64,000 nucleotides of DNA from Vicugna vicugna (lineage: Eukaryota): positions 4,342,001-4,406,000 of the forward strand of contig MU058221.1 in NCBI GenBank assembly GCA_013265495.1, given 5' to 3'. A model generated the notes under the pieces. That model worked only from the letters and a program-made list of their open reading frames with translations, was not told where the DNA came from and did no database searches. Of this stretch, positions 38,358 through 48,530 are shown piece after piece. A program made the translations under genes and the position numbers. The stretch's first letter is position 1; every line of letters starts with the position of its first letter.

Positions 38358-39919
38358 AAAGGAATCAAAAGGGAGATTCAGAGGACATCTGTGGCTCAGT
38401 CCAGCTAACCTGGCAAACAGGCTTCATCTCCACCGCCACTTCCCACCAGCAGGTAGTGTCCGCCTAGAGCACCTCCTCAGGCAGAATGCTAAGGCTGTCT
38501 GAGCTCAGTGGGAGAGCTGCGCTGTGATAAAACATTGATAGCAGCCCCGGGCACTCAAGACTTGTCTTTGCCAGCCCTGCTACACTGCCCCAGCTCCCTC
38601 CTGAGACCCCAAATGTGCAGAAGCGAGGTTCAGAATAATGGCTCTGAGTGCTTTCACAGTCAGTTTCACCAGACTCGACTCAATAAAGCAGAAAAGCCTT
38701 CATATCACCTACGATAATCACTAAAATGAAAAAAGATTTTCAACTTCGCTTTGAGCAAAGCAAACCACGGCTTTCATTAGAACCTCCTAATACAAAGAGA
38801 GTGCAAATAGTGCAGATAGAGGCTTTGCTTTTACGTGGATGACTCATCTGAAGACACAGATGAAAGGATGCTCCTGACTTGAATGGCTCTCAGTCCACAG
38901 GGAGAAACAACACGAAAGCAAACAGCAGCACAATAAACAGTGGGTTGTATAACAACATTTTCAAAGGGTTCCGTTCCCTTACTCTGCTTGGGTTAATGTG
39001 AAGGGCAGGGGCAGAGGCAGGAAACACCAAACCCATCTTCTTATCTCCCAGACGAATCTACGTGCAAATATGTTTCCTATTGGGTCCTGAAGCAGGGGAG
39101 GGTTAATACAGGAGTTCCCTCCTATTTTCTGTTGGCCCACTTCACACCCTCTCGTCGGTGAGAAGCCCTCTCTTACTCTCTCGCCAGACCACCCCCAAAT
39201 CCCTGTATAACCTCAGCTCTGGAGAGAGAGCGGATAACTCACTGCCCATGTGTGAGCTCCTCAGACATAAAATGTTTACGAAAATTCACCATGTCAGAAG
39301 TCTCAGGGTATGGATACACAGAGAAGAAATAACAATGTTTCCAAACAGGTACCTCACCCCTCTTCAGAATCCTGGAGGCAAAATTCCCAGGGACCCAAAA
39401 CACCAACCCTGCAGGCAAGTGTGTGTTCTGATTCGGAGTGAGCAGTGCTGCTCCATGGGGCAGGGGCTATGGAGGAGGATGTGAGACAGGCAGGGGATGA
39501 GAGGCAGGGGAGAAACAGACAAGGGAACTGACCCAGTTGCACAAGCAGCTGCTGTGCAGCTGTGTCTCTGAGGCCAGCTGGGCTGTGACGGTGGGGAGCA
39601 GAAGACCAGCCCCAGCCGCCACCTGGTGTTCTCAGGCCAAACAGTTCCTGCAGCTTCCTGGCCTCTGGCCGAGACTGGCAGGAGGCACCAGGTGCAGAAA
39701 CTGCCTGCCTCGTGCGTGCAGAGGACAAAGAAGAGCCCTGGTGGCACTTGCCTGGAGCACAGTCCTCTGAGGATCTCCCTGGGCTCAGTCAGAAATAAAT
39801 AAACATCACCTGCTCAAGGACTGGAAAGGTTTCTTGCCCTTAAGGAAGAAAAGAAAAGGCAGGATCTCCAAGGAAAATACCCTGCCCAACTGATACAATG
39901 AAGAGTAAAAAAGAAAAAA

Positions 39920-40130
39920 ATGCAAGATACTGCCACTGGTTACTGGGCACCTACCACATGCCAGGCATTTTGCTAGGAGCCTTACACGTGTTATGTTCCA
40001 TGCCTGCACGTGTGATTAACCCCACGTTGTCCACAGAGAGACAGAAGGTGAGTGTGGTTAAGTCACATGCACAACGGCACAGTCAGTAATGACTGACGTG
40101 GGATCTGAATCCAAATGCAAATGATACCAA
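39920..40130 (-). mobile_element. MIR
   Basis: TACTGGGCACCTACCACATGCCAGGCATT...GTGGTTAAGTCACATGC...GGGATCTGAATCCA. Confidence 0.75.
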
Positions 40131-40134
40131 ATGC

Positions 40135-40400
40135 TCTCTCTTTTTTCATGTTGATTCAAGTTGCCATCTAGAGTTTTTTCCTTTCAGCCTGAAGGATTTC
40201 CTATTTAGCATTTTTTCGTAAGGCAAGTCATCGGCTATTGATAAATTTTCTAAGTTGTTTTTGGTATCGAAATGTCTTAATTTCTGATTCATTTTCTGAT
40301 CATTAGTTTTACTAGACATAAAACTCTTGGTTGAAAGTCTCCTTGTTTCTCCAGCACAGAACATATTCTAGACCACTTGGCCACGGTGCATCATCTCGGT
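40135..40400 (-). mobile_element. Old L1 fragment, ORF1 C-terminal region
   Basis: TTTCCTTTCAGCCTGAAGGATTTCC...CATAAAACTCTTGGTTGA; ORF 40146-40364(-) loosely resembles the L1 ORF1 end. Confidence 0.7.
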
Positions 40401-40429
40401 CAGTCACTAGTGTTTTGTCAATGGTGTTT

Positions 40430-41639
40430 GTGTCTAATATATTGGTCTGTAGTTTTTTTCTTTCCTTGAGTTTTTGTCTGGTTTTGAGATCGACATAATA
40501 CTGGTCTCATAAAACAAGTTAGAAAGTGTTGCTTTCTCTTCTGTTTTGTGGAAGAATTTGTGAAAAACTGGTATTAATTCTTCAAATGTTTGAAGAAATT
40601 CACCGGTAAAATCATCTGGCCCCAGGATTTTCTTTGCAGAGAGTTTCCCTTTATTGATACTGCAACCTCTTTCTAGCTTCACACTTTGTTTCTTCCTGGC
40701 CAGTTCAGGTAGTGTCTTCCTTTCTATGAATTTGTCCATTACATCTAAGTTACCCGATCTTTGACAGACAACTGTTCATAGTACTCCCACATCATTCTTT
40801 ACATTTCTGTAAGTTTAGTAGTAACATTCCTTTTTATTTTTTATTTTAGTGATTGTTGTTCTCACTTTTTTCTTTTTCAATCTAACTAAAGAGCTGTGTA
40901 ATTTCACTGTTCTTTATAAAAGCAACTTTTGGTTCAGCTAATATTCTCTGTGGTTTTTCTGTTCTCGATTTCACTGATTTCCATCATGATCTTTATTATT
41001 TCCTTTCTCCTGCTTACTTGAATGTTCTTAAAATTTCTTATTCTAATTCTTCTCTCACTTCTAATTTCTCAAAATTAGAATTAGAAATTATAATTTTTTC
41101 TAATTTCTTCTTTTAGTTCCTTAATTAGAATTAGAAACTAAATCAAAGTTAGAAATTAATTTCTTTTTCTAACTTCTGAAAATTAGAATTAGAAATTAAA
41201 TCAAAATTTGAAATTAAAATTTCTTAAAATTGAAGGTTAGGTTACGACTTGAGATCTTTCTTCTTCTCTGATGTAGATGTGTTCTGGTATAAATTTCCCT
41301 CAAAGCATTGTTTTAGCTGCATTCCATAAGTTTTGGTGTATTGTGTCTTTATTTTCATTCATCTCAAGGTGATTTCTAATTCACCTTCCCATTTCCTCTT
41401 TGACCCATTGGTGTTTTAATACTATCTTGTTTAATTTCCACATATTTGTGAATATCTCAGATTTTTTATGTTATTTGTTTCCAGTTTCATCCACTGTGCT
41501 CAGAGAACATTTTTTGTGTGATAGCAACCCTCCTGAATTTCTTGAGATTTGCTTTACAGTGTAGCACACAGATCGTCCTGGAGAACGCTCCACGTATGCT
41601 TGAAAAGAAAGTGTACTCTAATGTTGTTGGGTAGAGAGC
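40430..41639 (-). mobile_element. Old L1 ORF2 segment, left part of the L1 hosting the ERV
   Basis: ORF 40434-40739(-) contains GPDDFTGEFLQTFEELIPVFHKFFHKTEEKATLSNLFYETSIMSISKPDK...NYRPI, the L1 ORF2 segment leading into the RT domain; 41250-41640 is endonuclease-region sequence. Confidence 0.93.
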
Positions 41640-41815
41640 TTCTCCTGAAAATATCTACTTACCCGAAGGCCTGTTCTGGCGGTTTTTTCCAGAGCACAGA
41701 GTGCCCCTTTCCTGCTCTCCACCCTGAGTTCCCTTCAGGGTGTGCTGAAGTGACTGCAGTGGCTTGTGACTTAATCCTCATAGAGGCGGACAGCAAGTGC
41801 CAGTTTTAACTGGCA
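41640..41815 (-). mobile_element. Truncated 3' LTR (U3 portion) of the ERV
   Basis: On the minus strand it starts TGCCAGTTAAAAC just after ATGGGGGCCCC; CTCCTGAAAATATCT...AAGGCCTGTTCTG...CAGAGCACAGAGTGCC...CTGCAGTGGC resembles artiodactyl ERV1 LTRs as I recall them; joins directly to L1. Confidence 0.7.
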
Positions 41816-42899
41816 GGGGCCCCCATGATCATAAATTCAACCATGGCTTTGGAGGCATCTCATGACCGTTTCGTCCCATGGTGCGAGGAATGCTCATTCC
41901 TAGGTCAGGCGAGGATTTCATTGATAAGCCGCCCAATGTGCTATCACTGGACCAGCCTTGTTAACAGCAGTAAAAAGTCTCTGGGCCACCTGTCCTACTG
42001 GTCTGTTATGGTCCAGGAGAATATTCCCTCTTGCTGCTTCTTCCCACATCTAGAGCTACACCATCATAATCACTAATCTCCTGTAGAACTATGTACCTGT
42101 TGAACTGCTTCAAGTCGCCTGGTCATCATTCTATCAGAGGCTCAGTCATACAAAGTAGTGCAAGAAACAATTTGGGAAAATAGGCAATACACAAAATACA
42201 TGTAACTAGCAGTAGAGTAAGGTCATAGGTAAGAATTTAAGTTAAGAGCTTCCGTTAGGTACAGCCTGGTTTCTCCCCAGGTCACCTGACTTAGTCTGTT
42301 CCATACCAAGCCTCATCTCTGAAGGGACACTATAATTGTCCTCGTCCATGAGGCACCGAGCCCAATCTCCTTGTGTTACTAGGCTCACGATCCTCAGTAT
42401 GACTTAATTTTTTCCAACATAAGGAAGCCTTTCAACTTAAATGACCATAGTCTCGTGTTAACCATGGAAGTCCATCCCGCCATCAAGGGAGGTTATGTTG
42501 TTTGGCTGAAATTCTCTTACTGCTCTGATTAAGCCTGAGAAACTTCAGGTGAACATTCACACTGATGGCCAGCGTCAGAGGAGGTATCGTTCATGGGCCC
42601 GGTGAGGGAATCCCAGCTAGTAATATCAAAAGGGGCCTGAACAGAACTACACATTTCCCAAGGGCCATCCAACGAGAGCCCTGAAGTGGAGAAATCCATC
42701 AAGTTTACCCAAGAAGGGCTGGATATAGGTAACTCGCCATAAACCTAACAATTGGGTTGACTTTAACTCTGCATAAGATTGTGAAATACATTTAGTTCAT
42801 AAGCAAAGGTGTGAGTGACTATCAAAGTAACTGGTATACAGGCCTGGTCTGGTGTCTTGGGTCAGCTGTCTGCCTCAGCTGTCATCCTGTTCTCATCCT

Positions 42900-43165
42900 G
42901 GTCTGGTAGCTTCTCCTTTGAGCATTGTTTTAAAGTGATTTTGAGATTAGCAGTCCTCTCTATAGGCCATTCCAGTGCAGCGGCCCTTTCCAAGTGGAAA
43001 TTAAGCGAAGAGTCAATTTCCTTCAGTGCTGCTGTGCGTGAACTAGTTAAGAGGACCTGATAAAGGGTCCTTCCCTCTAGGCTGCAGATGGTCCTTAAAT
43101 TATGTCGCTGCCAGTATGCAAAATCTCTTGGTTGTAAGTCATGGGGCATGGAATCTTCATCCAAA
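42900..43165 (-). pseudogene. pol: Frameshifted retroviral integrase C-terminal remnant (pol)
   Basis: HDLQPRDFAYWQRH / shifted frame KDHLQPRGKDP / YQVLLTSSRTAALKEIDS..HLERAAALEW reconstructs the class I IN tail (LQPGD.V..K....L.P.WKGPY.VLLT...A.K..G..SWIH.SH.K). Confidence 0.8.
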
Positions 43166-46100
43166 AATAGATTCCTAGCTTCAGAAACAAACCTAGAGTG
43201 TTTTTTTTTAATAGTTCAATTAAACTTTGCAACAATATAACAGCAAGGAATGGTCTGGGCAGTGAGTCTTTGTAAATATGGACCTCAATGAACAAAACCA
43301 GAATTGAATATCCACTGAAACATAATCTCTTTCATAATTACCCTCATTTTCAATCAAATATAGCCAAATAAAGATTCCTCTTTTTTTTTTTTTTTTGAGG
43401 TCCCCAAAATACTTTTGAGATTTTTGTGCTAATAAGGAGGTGGTCTTCTTAATTTACCTGATAAAGTTGCTGGGAACCTAAGAGTTTCCAGTCTCTGGAG
43501 GCATCAGATAGAGAGGAAAAGATAAATGTTTCAATTCTGCTTACAAAGGTATAGTTTACCAAATTGCTATAAGTCATAATTAGCTTAAGGAGGGTTTTTT
43601 TTTTAATCTGGAAAACACAGATTAAAAGCCAGTCATATTTCAGACAAAGCCAAAAGTTATAACCATATTCACCAGTTTACTCAGTCCCCTGTAACTAATT
43701 CTTTTTTTGCTAGCAATTTTATTAAATCAAAGCTTCCATTAGACCTTTTAAATTTCTTACCCAGTTCAGCAGTAAGATTTAAAAGTTATCAGAAACCTGT
43801 ACTTGTCAAAAAAAAAAAAAGCTCTTTTTATAAATCTTCCTGAAGAGAAAGCATTTTGCAAAAGCATCAGAATAAAACCACCATCTGTAAATGACAAAAG
43901 GCTTAAAAAAAATGGTTAAACACCTGGTTACACTGTAATCAGTAAAGAAACCTCGTTACAATAACCCTGAATTGCAGCTGGTAACATTTCAGACACACCA
44001 GATTTTTAGGAATTCCATACAATTTCTAGAATATCTATATTAATGACATTTTCCCATACAATATAATCTATTTATAATGCTTCCCACACAATTTAACATA
44101 CATAATGACCCTAATTAGTTTAATACCTCTATTTGGGATATTTCAGGGGCACTCTGGAGCATCCAAAGTTAGCTGGAGGTCTAAAGAACTTAAATCAAAG
44201 TTTGGTGTTTGGGAAACTTGTTTAAAAGTTTTGAAACATTTGGTCAGAGAGAACCCAGGTCACTGTGAAATAATACTTATTCCCAAGATAACAATAAAGT
44301 ATTTTAAAGGCAAATGCAGAATAGACCACTTAAGGGGTAAAAGAAACTTTACAATCTGTTACCAAAAGCAGATTCACATTTTAAGAAAACTTTGTCCTTT
44401 TCACAGAGAGAGAATCAAATTCCAGTTTTGCACTTGCTTATTTTTAAAAATCATTTACTTAACTAAATTTATCTTAAATTTAGCCAATGCCGATTACACA
44501 TAAAACTCTTTTCTCAGAGCTCCTCTTTTATAAACCTTCTATCAGTTTCTGTATCCGTAAGAATTTGTCCCTTATTACTTTAATAGCTTTAAAATTACTT
44601 ATAATTTTAACCCTTAAAAACCTTAACTCTCTCGCAAAAGCCAAGAAGCAAGTAATTGTAAATCAGCTGTCATATCAGCATTTCCTGATTGGAAACCTAT
44701 GTTTCAGCTTTTCCCTCATAAGAAGGCAAAGGCAGATAAACTTTGACCTGCCCAGCAATTAATGTTTCAATATTTTATAAGTGACATGGATAGTTAGTGA
44801 GTTCTCTTCATTTAACTGAGTTTCAAGTTAGCAAAACCTGGAGGAACAATTTTAGAATGACATTCCAAAAACGCAATTATTCCTATACAGTTTACCTAAA
44901 AGTTCTCATTTTGTTTACTTCTACTTTTCTTGAAAGCTTTTCTTTTTACACATTGAGTTACTTTCCTTGTTGACAAATTTGCAACAGACATAATAAGCTC
45001 TTGTTTGACATCTAGTAAGCCTGGGTGCAACAGAAATACTATGCTTAGCGTTGGTGGTTCTAAAGACATGTTTATATTAATTAAACCAACAAGCTTAGGC
45101 TAGCTTTAGAACCATGTATTGATTTAGTATTGAATGTTTCCCAGGTCATGTGAACCTGAAATTTATTTTGATCAGTTTTCTTTATATTTCTGAGTATTCA
45201 TATAAGCACTTAGTTTTCTTTAAGCCAATTAAATAGAGCTGTTTTATGAACTGACTTTGGCAACACCATACACTTGTATGTATGTAGACACACAAACACA
45301 CAAACAAAGAGGTCTCGTAGTTCCCATTCCAATATTTTAACCATGAATCGGGTATAACCACATAAAATCCTTCAGTTACAAAAGAGGCTGGATTCAAGTT
45401 GGTTTTCTGGCAGATGGAACAAACTAAAGTCTCCTGTATAGACGGCTAAACCATTTTTACTAACATTTACGAAAGAGACAAGATTTCTATTTGTTTTTAG
45501 CCAGTCAAGTTCCAAATTATTTACCGCCCTTTCTCGAAATTTGCATTTTAAAAAGATGGCAAGATCAGGGTTCCTGGACAAGCCCAGGTAGAGCATTTGT
45601 ATCTCAAAGGCCTTGAAGTTGGTAACTAACTGCAGTTTAATTAGCGTGTCGAGATTTTTCCTAAGGGACTGTCTGATGGAATGAAACAGTACCGCCCATT
45701 TTGATCTTTTGTGCCCACACAACGCAAAATTCAAACCCGGTCAGCAAACGGAAGCCCCGAAATTCAAAGCAGGCCCAAATTCAAAGTCAAGACAACAGCT
45801 TCCCGGTTTCGCTACGCCTGTGACCGCTATCCAGTCGGCGCCCATCCAGCGGGAGCGCCGTGGCTGGGAGAGCCTCGTCGTCAAGTTACGGGCTCCCCTG
45901 CCTTAGGGGGTCCCTGGGCAGGGCCCGCGGGCCTCGGCCGTCCCCGCAAACTTACCCCAGTCCTGGCCACGGAGTCGCGACGCCCTGAGCCGCGTTCTGT
46001 TCTCTCCCAGGCTTCCGAGCAGCTGGAGGTCCCGACAGAGGACGGAAGGAAGAAGAGAGTCCCAAAGCAAACAGAACTTCGGCGGCTGCTGAGCTTTGCC

Positions 46101-46352
46101 TCTGCTCCCGGCCTCCTGCCGCAGACTTCTGCCCGACTTCCGCCTCGACTTCCGCCTCGCACTTCCGGGTTACGGCAAGCCGAGCGGCTCACACGCGGCT
46201 CCTCTGCTCTCCTGTCCTGATTGCCTCCGCTGTCTGGGCTCCTCGGGCCCCCTCGACCCTCCGCCGTCCCAAGGGAGGCTGGCACAGGGGGTGCCCTTAG
46301 ACCATCTGATCAAGCGGGGTGTTCAGAGGTAGGAAGGAGAAAAGGGGGTCCA

Positions 46353-46375
46353 GCCCCACGCTGGGTGGGTCACCA
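46353..46375 (-). promoter_or_regulatory. Primer-binding site of the ERV
   Basis: Minus strand TGGTGACCCACCCAGCGTGGGGC, starting 4 nt downstream of the LTR's terminal CA. Confidence 0.8.
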
Positions 46376-46379
46376 AGGC

Positions 46380-46897
46380 TGTTGCCACGAAACTGGCCTC
46401 TGTACCCCGAAAATGGATTGAGACTTGGAGGCAGACTTTTGGAAGGATTAGCAAAGAAGAGCCTTATTGCTTTGCCAGGCAAAAGGGAGTCACAGCGCGC
46501 TCATGCCGTAGAGACTCTGAATCCCTCTTGGAGCTGGGAGACTTGCAGTTCTATAGGAAAACAACTGGATGGAACAGAAAAGGTGATCACAACCAGGGCG
46601 CTTTATAGGGTGCGGCTGAATTCCCCTTAACCTTAATGAATCTTTCTGGCGTCATGGGGGAACTGCAGAGGGTCTGTCCATTCTTCTGAGATTACCAGCC
46701 CATTACCTTCTTCCCGGAGCAGAGCCTCTAGGTTTAAACTGTTTTGTAAAGAATGTAAGGGAGAAGTATGGGCTCTAAAAGCAGAAAGGGAGAGAAAGCA
46801 AACTGTGGGGTTTCTTAGAAAGAATGCGCACACAGGTTTAGGCATCAGGGAAGTTAGTTCGTTTCCGGCTCCTTCAAATGCTCCAGGGCTTTTCACA
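46380..46897 (-). mobile_element. 5' LTR of the ERV (518 bp)
   Basis: TG...CA ends (minus strand TGTGAAAAGCC...GGCAACA); TATA-like CCTATAAAG near 46601-46609 and AATAAG poly(A)-like signal near 46463-46468, both minus; followed by the PBS. Confidence 0.9.
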
Positions 46898-47815
46898 AAT
46901 ATTTTAACTTACTGAATCTACTTCAGATTTATACGAACTTAATTCAAATGAAATATAGAAATTTTACTCCGACATGCCTCTATTCCCACTTACCCCTTTT
47001 TGTGCTATTATTGTTATGTATGTTACATCTGTAGATGTTACAAACCCATCAATGCATTGTCATGATTTTTACTTTTTTGTCTACTAAAGAGATTGAGAAA
47101 AGAAAGGAGAACCATGATATAGTTACAGAGTTTGTCATATTTACCTTTTTATTTACCATTTCTCATCCCTTTTGTTGGTTCCTGTGGGTTTGAGTTTCCC
47201 CGTGCTGTCATTTCTTTGCTCCTGTTCTATCTTACGCTTGGGAGCTAGTTGGTGGAAGGGGGCCCCTGACCTCTAAGCCCACACGCACCAGGAATTTAGC
47301 TTCTCCAACGTGGAGTTGGAGGGATGAGGAACGGTAACTGTCTGCCCTTTTCAGTGAGACAGGGAAGCTTTTAGTGAGACCTGAGTGGGGAGGATGCCCC
47401 ATCTTCTTGGCAACATCCACCCAGAACAGAGCATTAGTCAAGCTGCACCGGGAAAGATACGAGGAAGAAAGCCGTGGTTCAAATACCACAGACTCTCACT
47501 GTTGTTGTAAAGTTCCAGCAGATGTTCTTGACTGAACTATTTCTTCATTTGTTGTAGACCTGAAGGGTTATTTACAGAGATTTTAAATGTTTTTTAAAAA
47601 TAATTTTCAGCAAGGTGAGGGGAGGGTATAGCTCAAGAGTGCATGCTTGGCGTGCACATGAGGTCCTGGGATCAATCCCCAGTACCTCCTCTAAAAAGAA
47701 ATAAATAAATCTGATGATTTCCCCCCGCATAAAAAAATAATAATAATAACAATTTTCACCACTTTTGCTTAGTTTGCTGAGGAATGAGTCTGTAGAGTTC
47801 CTCAAGCTCTCTTCT
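46898..47815 (-). mobile_element. Old L1 inter-ORF and 5' region, right part of the host L1
   Basis: AAACCCATCAATGCATTGT...ATTTACCATTTCTC...TTTGAGTTTCCCCGTGCTGTCATTTC and TTCAAATACCACAGACTCTCACTGTT are L1M inter-ORF and 5' motifs, in the same orientation as 40430-41639. Confidence 0.7.
47618..47748 (+). mobile_element. tRNA-derived SINE, Vic-1-like
   Basis: GGGGAGGGTATAGCTCAAGAGTGCATGC...GGTCCTGGGATCAATCCCCAGTACCTCCTCTAAAAAG; flanked by AATAATTTTCAGCA / AACAATTTTCACCA (degenerate TSD). Confidence 0.9.
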
Positions 47816-47819
47816 CAAA

Positions 47820-48242
47820 ATTGAAACCTTTCCTTCTATATTTTTAGTGTCTTCTTTATCAGATACACCCCTTTTTTGTTCTTAAACATATTTATCATTC
47901 ATTTATTGCTCTCCGGTTTGATCAAACTGACAAGATTTGACAACTTTACCCACTACTTCAAAGAAAAAGATTTTGACCAGGCATCTTGTACCTTTTATTT
48001 TCTGTTTTGTTAATTTCTGCATTCATTTGTACTGATTTTCTTTCAGCGTATGTGTGTATCAATATTTTCCCTCTCCATTCTTTTGATGTACTTTGTTATC
48101 GTGTTTTAGCTTCTGAAACTGAAATCTTTGCTCATTGATTTTCAATCTCTTGTTTTCTAATAAATAAATTAAAATCTATAAATTTTTCTCTGAGTAATAC
48201 TTTGACTTTATTCCATAGGGGTGGATAGATAGAGGATGGATG

Positions 48243-48290
<48 letters not shown>

Positions 48291-48530
48291 TCTTATTCCT
48301 CTTTTGTAATTAAGCAATTTGTAGATTCCATCTTAATTTATCTTTAAATTGTATAACGTTCAAAGGTTTTGTTTTGTTTTAGGTGAATTGACAAGGCTGT
48401 CTTTGATTTCAGGTGTCAATGCATTTTGAAACAATGAGTCTAGCCTTATCATTTCTGATTTGGGGAACTTGCTGTGATTTCTTTGCAAACATCTACATGG
48501 CTACATTTTATAAAGTTAAGGTGCAGACTC
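47820..48530 (-). mobile_element. Highly diverged L1 ORF2 fragments
   Basis: T-rich strand with TCATTGATTTTCAATCTCTTGTTTTCTAATAAATAAATTAAAATCTATAAATTTTTCTCTGAGTAATACTTT, typical of antisense L1M ORF2. Confidence 0.65.
48224..48290. repeat. (GATA)n/(GGAT)n microsatellite
   Basis: Seen directly. Confidence 0.95.

Larger units (their letters stand above)
41816..46379 (-). mobile_element. Internal region of a non-autonomous class I ERV (MER4-group-like)
   Basis: PBS next to the 5' LTR, GC-rich leader (45700-46350), long AT-rich non-coding body, integrase C-terminal remnant; no recognisable gag or RT ORF. Confidence 0.85.

Noticed and set aside
41830..42860. env pseudogene
   Set aside because: The position fits env, but I could not find a furin site, immunosuppressive domain or CX6CC motif by eye; left inside the ERV internal feature.
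45711..46285. 169-aa and 134-aa overlapping ORFs as gag or a novel viral protein
   Set aside because: Low-complexity P/R/G/S translations of a GC-rich leader with no Gag motifs; the longer ORF is antisense to the ERV.
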